Shown: positions 1 to 11,190 of the stretch, piece after piece
Layout: each line of letters begins with the position of its first letter
Position numbering within the stretch: the stretch's first letter is position 1
Assembly: GCA_963813715.1 (NCBI GenBank)
Contig: CAWFAK010000009.1
Coordinates: forward strand, 288,001 to 352,000
Length of the DNA stretch: 64,000 bases
From: an uncultured Planctomycetaceae bacterium
Lineage (GTDB): Bacteria > Planctomycetota > Planctomycetia > Planctomycetales > Planctomycetaceae
Reading direction: 5' to 3'
Notes under the pieces: generated by a model
Told to the model about the DNA's origin: nothing
The model's input: the letters and a program-made list of their open reading frames with translations, nothing else
Databases searched by the model: none
Translations under genes and position numbers: made by a program

Positions 1-253
1 GCGCAAGCAGATCGAACGTCATGGTCAGCCCGGGAAAGCGATTGATGCCCCGCCACTTGGAATACAAATTGACGAACTCGGCCGCCTCGCGGGCGAATTT
101 GGAGATCGGCTGCAGGTCAAAGAAGCGGATGATATTGGGGATGAAGCATTCTTTGTGCTTGACCTCCATCGTGTCGAACGCGCAACCGTCGGAGTCGATG
201 CCGACCAGAAAATCATGCCGCCGCTCGAAATGATCCAACGGGTTACCGGACAC
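1..253 (-). CDS. HAD-family hydrolase, 5' part (runs off window)
   Basis: Hand translation from GTG at 253: MSGNPLDHFERRHDFLVGIDSDGCAFDTMEVKHKECFIPNII...; DxDG HAD motif I; not in ORF track because it is truncated. Confidence 0.8.
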   Translation of the reverse strand, partial: MSGNPLDHFERRHDFLVGIDSDGCAFDTMEVKHKECFIPNIIRFFDLQPISKFAREAAEFVNLYSKWRGINRFPGLTMTFDLLA

Positions 254-269
254 GGGGTGCCTCAAGTCT

Positions 270-381
270 GAATGAACGAAGCACGAATGACGAAGGAATG
301 ACCGAATGACCTAAGCCCGAATGTGCCGAGTCGTCATTCGTGCTTCGTGCTTCTTTCGTCATTCGTGCTTCGTCATTCGGG
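270..381. repeat. Heptamer-based (CGAATGA/CGAAGCA) palindromic dispersed repeat, copy 1
   Basis: Tandem 7-mers in inverted arms; core matches the reverse complement of copies at 35424-35531 and 59576-59628. Confidence 0.85.
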
Positions 382-385
382 TTTC

Positions 386-1676
386 TTACCGGCGGTCCGC
401 CTGCGGGACGTACGTTGGTAGTTTCTGCCCGGCGAAGAGTGGTTGCAATCGTGCCAGGCGCAGGCGGCCGTCGACCAGGGGCAGGCTGGGCCAGTCGTCG
501 CCGATCAGCGGGCGGGCGTAACGCACGAAATCGTCGCTGACGTCGGTGCCGTCGCCGCTGATCCACTCGGGCGGGAACGTCGCGTTCGCTATTGGCCACT
601 TCGGCCAGCGGCACCTTGTCGTAACGGACGTTATAGATCGGCCCCGGCTCGCGCAGGATCGTCGCCATAAAGCCGCCCGTGCCGGCCGCCGCCAGCTCGG
701 CCGCCTTTTGGCCGGCGCGATAGGCCTCGTCGAGATCGACGGTCGAGGCGTAAATCATGTTGTGTCGCTGGTCGGTTCCCGGCACGTTCGCGCGGGCCGA
801 CCCTTTGACCGGCAGGCCCTTCGCGTTAAGCGCGTTGATGAGGGACTGAGCGACGGTCAATTCGCTCGCGCTGAATTGCGTATGGCCGAAGGCGTCCTTG
901 CGAGCCCCCAGATCGCCGATCGACAGACCTTCGCTCACCACCAGAATCGCGCGGCCGGCTCGCCGCAACATCCCGCTCACGTTGTCGGCGATTTGCTCGA
1001 GCGTCGTCGGCCGCTCGGCCAGATAGATCTGCAGCGGCAGCTCGCGTCCCGGATCGGCCAGGCGGGCAGCGGCCGGGATGAAACCGATCTTCCGTCCCAT
1101 CGCCTGCAGCACCAGAACCGGATCGGCGGGGCTGCTGCCGGCGTTCTCTTCGTTGGCGAACTGCACGGCATGCGCCCAGTAGCGGGCCGTGCTGCCGTAG
1201 CCGGGCGTGTGATCGATCAGCTTGAACTGGCTGTCGCCGACGTCGTTGTCGATCGTCTTGGGCACGCCGACGGCGATCAGATCGAGGCCGCGCTGGGCCG
1301 CCAACTGGGCCACCTTGTTGGCGGTGTCCATCGAGTCGTTGCCGCCGATGTAGCAGAAGTAGCCGACGTCGTGCGCGCGAAAGACGTCCAAAATCCGTTC
1401 GAAATCCTCCTGCTGCGCTTCGCGGAGCTTGTAGCGACAGGTGCCGATCGAGCCGGCCGCCGGCGTCACCCGCAACAGGGAAATTTCCTCGGCGGGCTGC
1501 GCGGAGAGGTCGAGCAGTTCCTCCTTGAGCACGCCTTCGATGCCGTGCCAGCCAGCGTAGATCGAGCCGATCTGCGGATAGCCCCGGGCCGCTTCGATCA
1601 GGCCGCGGAGGCTGTTGTTGATGACCGGCGACGGCCCGCCCGATTGGGCGACGACCAGGTTCTTCGCTTTCGCCAC
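386..1676 (-). CDS. pfp: Pyrophosphate-dependent phosphofructokinase (one frameshift near 580)
   Basis: QSGGP, GGNDS, PKTIDND and MGR motifs; Asp in GGNDS and Lys in PKTIDND fit the PPi-dependent type; true C-terminus (FPPEWISGDGTDVSDDFVRYARPLIG...) is in a shifted frame ending TAA at 386. Confidence 0.9.
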
Positions 1677-1868
1677 GCGCGCTTGCTCCTATTGCTCTCG
1701 GTCAAACCGTCGATGATGTTAAAGGGCCGGAACAAATTCCAGTCGCCGATCGGTCCGACGGCTCGCGTGCGAGAGGCGTTGCGTGCGAATTTTCGCCTCC
1801 CTATACTCGACCGAACCCCGCGCAGGTTCACGTTTCCCGCCCCCTCAACCATCGTCGGAGCTCTGTCG

Positions 1869-3239
1869 ATGCGTCGCCTGATCCGCCTTGGTCTTTCTTC
1901 CCTCGCTTTCACGCTGTTGATCGCCGCGCCGCTCATCGCCGCCGACTCTTGGCCGGGGTGGCAGGGCCCGAATCGCGATAACATTTCGCCCGACACGGGA
2001 CTGCTTAACAAATGGCCGACGGACGGACCGCCACTCAAATGGAAGGCGGATGGACTGGGCGGCGGGTACTCGGGCATCGCCGTCGTCGACGGCAAGATTT
2101 ACACCATGGGGCAAGTCGGCGGGAAAACGGGGAGTTACAACGCTCCGGCCGCGCCGGCTCCGGCCGCAAAAAAGGCCGGCAAGGGACGAGCCGCTCGGCC
2201 AGCCCAGAATCGGGGAGGCTCAACAGGCGACTGCCGGGTCGTCTGCCTCGATGAGCAGACCGGCAAGCTGCTCTGGTCGCAACAAGTCGGATCAGGCGAC
2301 CCGAACTGCACGCCGGCAATCGATGGCGACCGGCTCTACGCCCTCGACCGTAACGGCGAGTTCGTCTGCCTCGACACGAACGATGGCCGGGTCGTCTGGC
2401 ATGTCAATTTTCCTCACGATTTCCACGGTCACATGATGTCCGGCTGGGGCTACAGCGAATCGCCCCTGATCGATGGTGAAAAGGTCATCTGCACGCCGGG
2501 AGCCGACGATGCCATGGTCGTCGCCCTCGACAAGAAGACCGGAGCCCCCATCTGGAAGGGCAAGCCGCCCGAGGACCTCGGTTCCAAGGGTCTGCCCGGG
2601 GCCGGCTATTCTTCGGTCGTGATCAGCCACGGAGCCGGCGTGAAGCAATACGTTCAGATCGTGGGCAAAGGCCTGGTTTCGTTTCGCGCGGAGGACGGCA
2701 AGTTTCTTTGGCACTACAACCGCGTCGCCAACAACGTCGCCAACATCCCGACTCCCATCGTCAAGGACGATTACGTCTTTGCATCCACCGGCTACGGAGC
2801 CGGGGCCGCTTTGCTCCAGCTCAAGCCGAAGAATGGCGGTGTCGCCGCTCACGAAGTCTATTTCCTGCCGGGCAACAAGGTGCAAAACCATCACGGCGGG
2901 ATGGTGATGGTGGGCGACTACATCTACATGGGTAACGGCCACAACAACGGCTTTCCCCTCTGCCTCGATTGGAAGACGGGCAAGATCGCCTGGAACGGCG
3001 GCCGGGGCCCCGGACAAGGCTCGGCAGCCGTGCTCGAGGCGGACGGCGAGCTCTATTTCCGCTACCAGGATGGCATGATGGCTCTGATCAACGCGACGCC
3101 GGACAGCTACCACTTGCAGAGCAAGTTCATGCTGCCGACGCACAATGCCGAAAGCTGGCCGCACCCGGTGATCGTGAACCGCCGCCTCTTCCTCCGCGAT
3201 CAGGACAACCTGCTCTGCTACGACATCGCCAAACACTAG
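1869..3239 (+). CDS. PQQ-binding-like beta-propeller repeat protein, secreted
   Basis: Signal peptide, WPGWQGPNRD N-terminal motif, repeated LDxxTGxxxW blades, SWPHPVI...LFLRD end. Confidence 0.9.
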   Translation: MRRLIRLGLSSLAFTLLIAAPLIAADSWPGWQGPNRDNISPDTGLLNKWPTDGPPLKWKADGLGGGYSGIAVVDGKIYTMGQVGGKTGSYNAPAAPAPAAKKAGKGRAARPAQNRGGSTGDCRVVCLDEQTGKLLWSQQVGSGDPNCTPAIDGDRLYALDRNGEFVCLDTNDGRVVWHVNFPHDFHGHMMSGWGYSESPLIDGEKVICTPGADDAMVVALDKKTGAPIWKGKPPEDLGSKGLPGAGYSSVVISHGAGVKQYVQIVGKGLVSFRAEDGKFLWHYNRVANNVANIPTPIVKDDYVFASTGYGAGAALLQLKPKNGGVAAHEVYFLPGNKVQNHHGGMVMVGDYIYMGNGHNNGFPLCLDWKTGKIAWNGGRGPGQGSAAVLEADGELYFRYQDGMMALINATPDSYHLQSKFMLPTHNAESWPHPVIVNRRLFLRDQDNLLCYDIAKH

Positions 3240-3282
3240 CCGAACAAACGCCCGAGGCACACGTGCCGCGCGCTTGACCAAC

Positions 3283-3327
3283 ACGCCGGGCCGGAGCGGA
3301 CACCATCGCTCGGCCCGGCGTTTTTTT
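3283..3327 (+). terminator. Rho-independent terminator
   Basis: ACGCCGGGCCG...CGGCCCGGCGT stem followed by T7. Confidence 0.85.
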
Positions 3328-3490
3328 GTTGGGGCAAGCTCTTCTGATCCACGTGTTGCTGCCCGTGGCTGGGGAATTGGTCTTCGCGCCGAGGCGAAAA
3401 TCGGCGACAGAGCATCTGACGCCGCCGTGGCCCGAGGGGCCTTTACCGGACGGCAAAGGGACGGCGCGCTCCACGTCCGGCAGGTGCATC

Positions 3491-4960
3491 ATGTCCGCAG
3501 TCACGCGACGCGAACTGGAAGCCGACTTAGCGGCGGTCGATACGCGGCTCGTCGACCAACCCAACTCGACCGATCTGCGATCCGAGCGGGCCCGCCTGCT
3601 ATTCGAACTGGGCCGCGTCGACGAAGCCAAGGCTCAGTTTCTTGCCATCCTGCGACACGATGGCCGTCACTTCTCGACGCTCAACAACTTCGGCGTCCTG
3701 CTGCACCGGACCGGGGCGACCGAGGCTGCCAGCCGCGCCTATCGGGCGGCCATCGCGCTCGAGCCGGCCAATCCGATTGGCCACACCAACTTCGCAGACC
3801 TGCTCGTGCAAAGCGGGGACCTGCCGACGGCGCGAACGCACTACGAGCAGGCCCTGCGAAGCGATCCGCAATTTCGCTCGGCCCACCGGGGGCTCGCGGT
3901 CGTTTTCGCCGCCCTTGGCGATAGCGAGCGGGCCCGACACCATCAGGCGCGACAATACGCGGGGCAACCACTTGAAAGTTTTCCCTATTGGGGAACGTCC
4001 GAGCCGATCCCGATTCTCGTGCTCACGTCGGCCGGAATCGGCAACCTGCCCTGGCTCGACCTCGTCGACAACCGCGTTTTCGCGATCACCACCCTGGCGA
4101 CGGAGTTCTTTGACCCGTCGCAACCTTTGCCGCCGCACCGCTTGATCTTCAATGCCATCGGCGACGCGGACGGCTCCTGTGCAGCGCTCCGCGCGGCCAC
4201 AACCCTCCTCGCACAGACAACCGCGCCGGTCATCAATCCACCCACCGCCGTGTTGGCGAGCGGACGCGTCGCCAATGCCGAACGATTCCGCCAGCTTCCG
4301 GACATCGTCGCACCACAAACTATCGCCGTCGCACGTTCGCTGCTAAGCGGGTCCGAGGGAGCCGCCGAGCTTTTACAACGAGGCCTGTCTTTCCCCTTAT
4401 TGCTCCGCAGCGCGGGTTTTCATATGGGTCAGCATTTCGTTCGCGTCGACACGCCCGACGCGCTCGCCACTGCAGCCGTCGCGCTGCCCGGGGACGAGCT
4501 GCTTGCGATCGAAAACCTCGATGCCCGCGGCGCCGACGGCAAAGCGCGAAAATATCGTGTGATGTCGATCGATGGCCAACTCTATCCGCTCCACCTGGCC
4601 ATCTCGGACAACTGGAAAGTGCACTACTTCAGCGCCGAGATGTCGCAAAACCCACAGCACCAGGCCGAGGAAGCCGCCTTCCTTGACGACATGCCCGGTA
4701 TCCTGGGCTCTCAAACTCTGCGAGCCCTGGAACGGATTGCCGGCGCGCTGGGCCTCGATTATGCCGGCATCGATTTCGGAGTCGGGAGCGACCGAGAGAT
4801 TCTGCTGTTCGAGGCCAACGCCACGATGCTCATTCCGACACCCGGACCGGAGCCCGAGTGGGACTATCGCCGAGCCGCCATCGGCCGCGCATTGGCCACC
4901 GCACGGAAGATGGTATGCGACCGAGCGCCCCAATTGAGTAATGCCCGCCGCGCCGCGTAA
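3491..4960 (+). CDS. TPR-repeat protein with C-terminal ATP-grasp (RimK-like) domain
   Basis: N-terminal TPRs (NNFGVLL...A..AYRAAIALEP); C-terminal RKYRV and LGLDYAGIDFG...LLFEANATM ATP-grasp signatures. Confidence 0.75.
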   Translation: MSAVTRRELEADLAAVDTRLVDQPNSTDLRSERARLLFELGRVDEAKAQFLAILRHDGRHFSTLNNFGVLLHRTGATEAASRAYRAAIALEPANPIGHTNFADLLVQSGDLPTARTHYEQALRSDPQFRSAHRGLAVVFAALGDSERARHHQARQYAGQPLESFPYWGTSEPIPILVLTSAGIGNLPWLDLVDNRVFAITTLATEFFDPSQPLPPHRLIFNAIGDADGSCAALRAATTLLAQTTAPVINPPTAVLASGRVANAERFRQLPDIVAPQTIAVARSLLSGSEGAAELLQRGLSFPLLLRSAGFHMGQHFVRVDTPDALATAAVALPGDELLAIENLDARGADGKARKYRVMSIDGQLYPLHLAISDNWKVHYFSAEMSQNPQHQAEEAAFLDDMPGILGSQTLRALERIAGALGLDYAGIDFGVGSDREILLFEANATMLIPTPGPEPEWDYRRAAIGRALATARKMVCDRAPQLSNARRAA

Positions 4961-5285
4961 TTGGGCCTCGTTCCCGCCCCGCCTTTGTCTTCCCGCTGCG
5001 GGATCATGCGCACGGCCTTTCCCCGGAGGGCGCGTGGCTTCCCTCAAGGCGCGGCCTTCGGCCGAATCGGCGACGACAACCCACTTCGGCGGAGGGCTTC
5101 TACAGCCGCCGAAAAACTGGTCTTCGTGGCCAGAATGTGGAGTGCGTGTGGAGAGATGTTGATCGCGAGGGTTAGATCCCAGAATTCGTCGCGGCATCTC
5201 GAGCCCATGGATTTTCGGACATCTGAACGCACATCTCGTTAGGGCGGCTTGAGTTTCGGCATTCGCGCGGAGTTGCCTCGGATCA

Positions 5286-5301
5286 GGGCACACGAAATGC
5301 G
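5286..5301 (+). promoter_or_regulatory. Putative sigma54 (-24/-12) promoter
   Basis: GGGCAC-ACGAA-ATGC, exact GG-N10-GC spacing; a GAFTGA activator is encoded at the end of the same gene run. Confidence 0.5.
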
Positions 5302-5314
5302 AATGCAGCCACAA

Positions 5315-7372
5315 ATGCTTGCGGTGGCCACTGCATCATCAGGCTCGAACGGTGCACCCGCTGCCGACCCAAAGTGTCGCGAGACCGGTGCCGCGACCAT
5401 CTTAGTCGTTGAAGATGATCCAGTCCTTTGTGACGTGCTGTGCCGAATTCTCAGTCGGGATGGCTACGAAGTCAGCCGTGCTCTCAGCACGTCGCAGGCA
5501 CTGGAACTCATCAACGAGCGCTTGCCGCAGCTAGTCATCCTCGACGCTTTTTTGAAAGACGGAACGAGCCTGCAAGTGGCGCAGACGGCGCACCGACAGA
5601 ACGCCACATTGCCTGTGATTTTGCTGACGAACTCGTGGTCTAAGAACAAGGATTTTCCGAACTGGCCGGCCATCCGGCTGCTGAACAAGTCACTGGGCCT
5701 GCCCGATCTACGCTGGGCGGTCGCCGCAACGTTGAACGACGCCAAATCGCCGGCACCCGCCGCGAGGTTTGAACCGGCCGCGACAGAGCGGTCTCCAAAC
5801 CTTCCCACGTCCCTTCCAAAGCCCGGGTCCGCATTACGAACTGCTAAGGAATTCGTCATGGGTCTCTTTGAATCGAAGTCATCAAAAGTCGTCGGCGCCT
5901 TGCTTCTCGGCGTGGTCTTGGTGGTGGGATTCGTCGCTGCGAACGGAGTGATTCGGCCCTCCGCGGCCGCGGAGGAAGAAAAGCCTGCGGCGGCAAAGAA
6001 CGTGGGTGGGGACAAGTCGGCTTCGACCGACTCCATCGAGCTGGTGCCAGACAAACCGCATACGCTCTTTTTGCCGGAAGACGTTCGCACATCGCTCGGC
6101 ATCCGGAAGGACGGGGTCGATTTGATCGCGGTGGCAAAGGTGCCCGAGCGGACGCGGCCGCTGGAAATGCCCGGTTCGACGGCCCTCGATCCGACAAAGA
6201 TTTTTCGGATGCGAGCGCGTTTCGCCCCTTCGCCGTCCTCGGCCGAGTGCGTTGAGATCGGACAAATGCAGGAGGATCCGCGCAAGAGCGGGAAGCCCGG
6301 AACCGTCTTTCGGGAGATCCGTTCGGGGGACAAGGTCATCAAAGGCAACTTGCTGGCGACCTTCTACAGCGTGGACGTCGGGAACAAGAAGAATGATCTG
6401 GTCGATGCCATCTACCAGCTCAAGCTCGACGACCAGATCATGAAACGCTGGGAGGCCAAAGCGGCGATCGTGCCCGACATTATGCTCTGGACCCAGCAGC
6501 GCACCGTCATCGGAGACATCAATGCGATCGAACGGGCCGTGAGCATGCTGAGGGCATGGGGAATTCCGGAAGAAGACATTCAGGCTCTGCGGAAGGAAGC
6601 GGAGGCCGTCAAGCCCGAGGACGCACAAAAGAAGCTGCGGCTGCACGACAGGTCAGAGTTCGAGCGCTGGGCGCGGGTCGAAATCAAGGCTCCGGCCGAC
6701 GGCGTCGTCATCGAGCGGAACCTGACGGTGCAGGAAATCGTCGTGGACAACACCACGAATCTCTTCCAGGTCGCCGACTTGGGCAAGCTGTTTATCACCG
6801 CCAATTGTCCCGAGGATGACTTGCCCCTGCTGGAGGCACTGCAGGAATCGTCGCACGGTCTCATCCCGTGGACGGTAAGGACGGTCGGCAGCCCGCCCAT
6901 GCCGGGGTACATCGATGACATCAGCTACCTGATCGATCCCAACCAACATACGGCCGTCGTGAAGGGCTACATCGAGAACAAGCAGGCCAAGTTGCGGGGC
7001 GGACAGTTCATCAAGGCGACGGTTGAGCTGCCGGCTCCCGAAGACGTCGTCGAGATCCCGATCGACGCCATGATCGAAGATGGCCTGCAGACCGTTGTCT
7101 TCGTGGAAACGGATGCGGCGAAGCAGCAGTACACGATGCGGCGCGTCGCATTGACGCACCGTTTCGAGAACAGGGTCTTCGTCCGCAGCAAGCCGTTCGC
7201 CAAGGGGGAAGCCCTCACGCCCGAGGATGCCGCACTCGGGATGCTCCCCAAGGAGCCCCTGCGGCCCGGCGAACGGATCCTGGGCACGGCCGTCAACGAG
7301 CTCAAGGCCGTTGTGCTCGACCGAGAATCGGAAGCACGGGTCAAGACCGCCCAGGCGGGCAAGAACCGATAA
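5315..7372 (+). CDS. Receiver (REC) domain in frame with RND efflux periplasmic adaptor (CusB/CzcB-like); start uncertain (5297/5315), likely second start at 5858
   Basis: ILVVEDD...LVILD...K receiver motifs, then TM helix, IKAPADGVVIERN and LFQVADL adaptor motifs; AAGGA RBS before internal ATG 5858. Confidence 0.8.
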   Translation: MLAVATASSGSNGAPAADPKCRETGAATILVVEDDPVLCDVLCRILSRDGYEVSRALSTSQALELINERLPQLVILDAFLKDGTSLQVAQTAHRQNATLPVILLTNSWSKNKDFPNWPAIRLLNKSLGLPDLRWAVAATLNDAKSPAPAARFEPAATERSPNLPTSLPKPGSALRTAKEFVMGLFESKSSKVVGALLLGVVLVVGFVAANGVIRPSAAAEEEKPAAAKNVGGDKSASTDSIELVPDKPHTLFLPEDVRTSLGIRKDGVDLIAVAKVPERTRPLEMPGSTALDPTKIFRMRARFAPSPSSAECVEIGQMQEDPRKSGKPGTVFREIRSGDKVIKGNLLATFYSVDVGNKKNDLVDAIYQLKLDDQIMKRWEAKAAIVPDIMLWTQQRTVIGDINAIERAVSMLRAWGIPEEDIQALRKEAEAVKPEDAQKKLRLHDRSEFERWARVEIKAPADGVVIERNLTVQEIVVDNTTNLFQVADLGKLFITANCPEDDLPLLEALQESSHGLIPWTVRTVGSPPMPGYIDDISYLIDPNQHTAVVKGYIENKQAKLRGGQFIKATVELPAPEDVVEIPIDAMIEDGLQTVVFVETDAAKQQYTMRRVALTHRFENRVFVRSKPFAKGEALTPEDAALGMLPKEPLRPGERILGTAVNELKAVVLDRESEARVKTAQAGKNR

Positions 7373-7541
7373 CGGAATCGAGCCCCAGCCGGGGTGCCCC
7401 ACTGTGATTTCTACCCCAAGGCTTCGGCGAGCTCCCTTCGGTGCGACGTCGGCGAGTTCGAGCCTCAGGGTTGTTAGACGGCCGAGCCGAGCATGAAGAG
7501 TCAAGCCGCGGTCGGCTCAGGTCTGCCAGGGAGAATCGATC

Positions 7542-10500
7542 ATGCTTCGTAGGCTCATTGAATGGGCATTGGATAACCCGGTGGTCGTGATCGCACTGGC
7601 GATCACGCTGGCGGGCGTGGGTATCTTCTCGTTCCTGCATGTCAACGTCGAGGCGTATCCCGACCCGGCGCCCGCGATTGTCGAGGTCTTTGCGCAGATG
7701 CCCGGCGCCTCGGCCGAAGAGATCGAGCGGCAAGTCACCGTCCCGCTCGAGGTGACGTTCGCCGGCATGCCCGGCATCAAGGTCATCCACAGCAAGTCGC
7801 TCTTCGGCCTGAGCGACCTGAAGATGAATTGGGAATACGGCGACAAGTGGACGTACGAGGCGGGCCGGCAGGAAGTGATCAACAGGATCTCCACGATCGC
7901 GCAGCCGCTGCCGCCCAACGTGAGTCCGCAGATCTCGCCCGAATCTCCCTGCGGTGAGATCTACCGCTACGTGATCTTCAGCCCCAAGGATGTGCGCGGC
8001 AAGGAATTCTACACGCTCAACGACCTCAAGGCCGAGGAAGACTGGGTGATGGAACGCGAGTTCCGCACCGTGCAGCGGATCGTTGACGTGGGAAGCTTCG
8101 GCGGCACCGTGCGGCGCTATGAAATCCAGCCCGACCCGGACCGGCTGCGGCGCTACGGCGTCACCCTGATGCAGTTGCAAAACGCGATTACGAACAGCAA
8201 CGCGACGGTCGGCGGCGACTACGTCAACGAGGGCGAGGTGGCGATGACAGTCCGCAGCGTCGGACTGTTCGGCGCGGCGCAGACCCGGTGACAAAGGTGC
8301 TGGGAAAGAAGGATCCGGCGCAGGCCGCGAAGATCCTCCGCGCGGAGGAGCGTCGCCGCATTCGCGACATCCGAGCGCTGGTGATCACTTCGGTCAACAA
8401 CCAGCCGGTCCGCGTGGAAGACGTGGTTGAAGGTGGGCGAATTTCCGACGAGGGAGAGCTGGGGAAGCAAGGGGTCGTCGTCAGCCACCGCACGCGTCTC
8501 GGAGCGGTTGCCTACTGGAGGCCGGATCAACCTCGCCCCCCCCGCTCGACCCACTCGATTGCCGAGCCGGCGTATGGCCACAGTGAGCGCGACGTCGTGG
8601 AATGCATCGTCCTTCTGCGCAAGAACGAAGACACTTTGCCGGCGGTGAAGGACGTCAAAGCCAAGGTTGCGGAGCTCAACGACCCCGACCGGGGCCGGAT
8701 GCTCCCCGGCACAACGGCCGATTGCTATTACGACCGCAGCGAGCTGCTGCAGGTCACGACCGACACGGTGACCGAAAACCTGATGATGGGGATCGGCCTC
8801 GTCGTCGCCATCCTGTTCATGTTCGTCAATAACATCCGCACAGCCATCATCGTCGCCATCAACATTCCGCTGGCCCTCTTGTTTGCCTTCACGGTCCTCT
8901 ACGTGCGGGGCAAGTCGGCGAACCTGCTGTCGATCGGAGCGGTGGACTTCGGCATCATCGTCGACTCCTCCGTGATCATGGTCGAAAACATCTACCGCAA
9001 CCTGGCCGCAGGCAACTATCCCGAGCTGCCCATGAAAGAGCGGATCCTGCGTTTCGTGCGGGAGATCGACGGCGCGCTCCTGTTCTCCACGCTGATCATG
9101 GTCTGCGCATTCATCCCCTTGTTCACGATGCAGGGGGCGGAGGGAGAGCTTTTCCGGCCGATGGCCCAAACGTATGCCTTCGCGTTGGGCGGCGCGCTCA
9201 TCCTGGCCCTCACGCTGACTCCCGTGCTGTGCATGTTCATGTTCAAGCACTTCAAGCCGACGCACGAAAACATCCTCGTTCGCTTTCTGAAGCGACGCTA
9301 CATCTGGCAGCTCAACGTCTGTTTGGATCACCCCTATCTGACCGTATTGCTGATGACCGGTTTGATCGGATACACGGCCTCGTTGATCCCCGGTCTGGGG
9401 CGCGAGTTCATGCCGGCCCTCGAGGAGGGGAACCTGTGGATTCGCGGCACCGCGCCCTTGAACACCTCGCTGGAGCGCCACAAAAAGCTTTCGGAACAGG
9501 CCGAGGCCATCATGGCCACCTACCCCGAGGTCGAATCGATCGTCAACCAACTCGGCCGGCCCGACGATGCCACCGACACGGCTGGCTATGAGAACAGCGA
9601 ATATTTCATCCCGCTGCGGCCTGAAAAAGACTGGCCGAAAACGGTCAAGCAGACCGGCTGGCGGCGCTGGTTGTTCGGCCCGATGCGGGCCCGCACCAAA
9701 GAGGAGCTCGTCGCGGACATGGATGCCGAGCTGATGCGGAAGCTCCCGGGCATTGTCTGGAACTTCTCGCAGAACATCCGCGACAACGTGATGGAGGCGC
9801 TCTCCGGGATCAAGGGCGACAACTCGATGAAGATCTTCGGACCGGACCTGGACAAGTTAGAGTCCCTGGCCGAGCAATCCAAGGAAATCTTGGAGCAGGT
9901 GCCCGGGCTGGTGGACGTCGGCATCTTCCATATCCGAGGCCAGTCGCACCTGCAGTTCCGCGTTGACCCGATCAAGTGCCAGCGCCTGGGGAGTGAGCAC
10001 GGCCGACGTCAACAACGTGGTGAATAGCGCCCTGGGGGCCGCGGCTCTGTCGCAAATGGTCGAAGGAGAGAAGCTGTTCGACATCTCGGTGCGGTGGCCC
10101 AAGCGGCTGCGAAGCAGCGAGACCGACATCCTGGATATCCCGGTCGACATCATCAACAACACGGTGGTGTTGAACCAAGGTCCAAACGTCGTCCCGACCG
10201 CCCAGGGGACGGGTCTGGCGCCGGCCTCGACAGTCGGAACCCAAGCCAACACCACCAACCCAATCAGCGCGCAGGCACCGCGGTTGCGGATCCGCGACGT
10301 GGTGTCGCCGGTCGGCGAGGACGGCGACCCCGACGAGTCGGGCCAATTCGAACACCATGGCGCGTCGACCATCTATCGCGAGCAAAACAAGCGGATGATC
10401 GCCATCAAGTTCGGCGTCCGCGACCGCGACCTCGGGAGCGCCGTCGATGAAGCCGAGCAACGCACCAAGCACCTCTTCGAGGCCCCTTACTATACGGTCT

Positions 10501-11051
10501 GGAGCGGCGAGTTCGAGCAGATGCAGGACGCCATGGGGCGGCTGCTGTTTATCGTCCCAATTTCGCTCACGCTGATCGTCATTCTGCTCTACGCCTGCTT
10601 CAAGTCGTTTATGGACGCGGTTGTCGTGCTCACCAATGTCTTCGACGTGGCGGTCGGCGGCATCTGGGCCCTGTACCTCACCGGCACAAATTTCAGCGTT
10701 TCGGCCGCCGTCGGCTTCGTCTCGCTCTTCGGCATCGCCGTGATGGAGGGGCTGCTCATGATCTCGTACTTCAATGCGCTTTGCGCCGAGGGATTGCCCC
10801 TGAGAGAGGCGATCGTACAGGGGGCCGCCAAGCGGGTGAGACCCGTGATGATCACGGCCATGACGGCCATCTTGGGACTCTTGCCCGCGGCCCTGTCGAC
10901 AAAGATCGGCTCGCAGACGCAAAAGCCGCTGGCCATCGTCGTGGTGGGCGGCATGACGTTGACGCTGTTCGTCGACCGCTACTTGATGCCCGTGCTCTAC
11001 AGCTTTTACGGAAGCCGCCAGCCGCCCGGCGGGGGGGGCATGGCGCACTAG
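7542..11051 (+). CDS. czcA: CusA/CzcA heavy-metal RND permease (frameshifts near 8280 and 9990)
   Basis: [42 protein letters not shown] and [11 protein letters not shown] motifs across three consecutive ORFs. Confidence 0.9.
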
Positions 11052-11190
11052 AACGCTCTCTCAGAGTCACGCTCCCACGCCGCGAATGCCCCTCTCCGTC
11101 GCGGAAAGGATCGTCGCCTTCTGCCGAAGGAGCCCCGCTTCGCGTGATCGGAGTGATCGCGGGAGTCGAGCCTTTGGGGGATGCACCGAG

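Noticed and set aside
270..381. CRISPR array
   Set aside because: Repeats are tandem 7-mers with no unique spacers; no cas genes
546..1868. N-terminal 440 aa of the 897-aa ORF
   Set aside because: Antisense shadow of pfp; the real gene starts at the signal peptide near 1869
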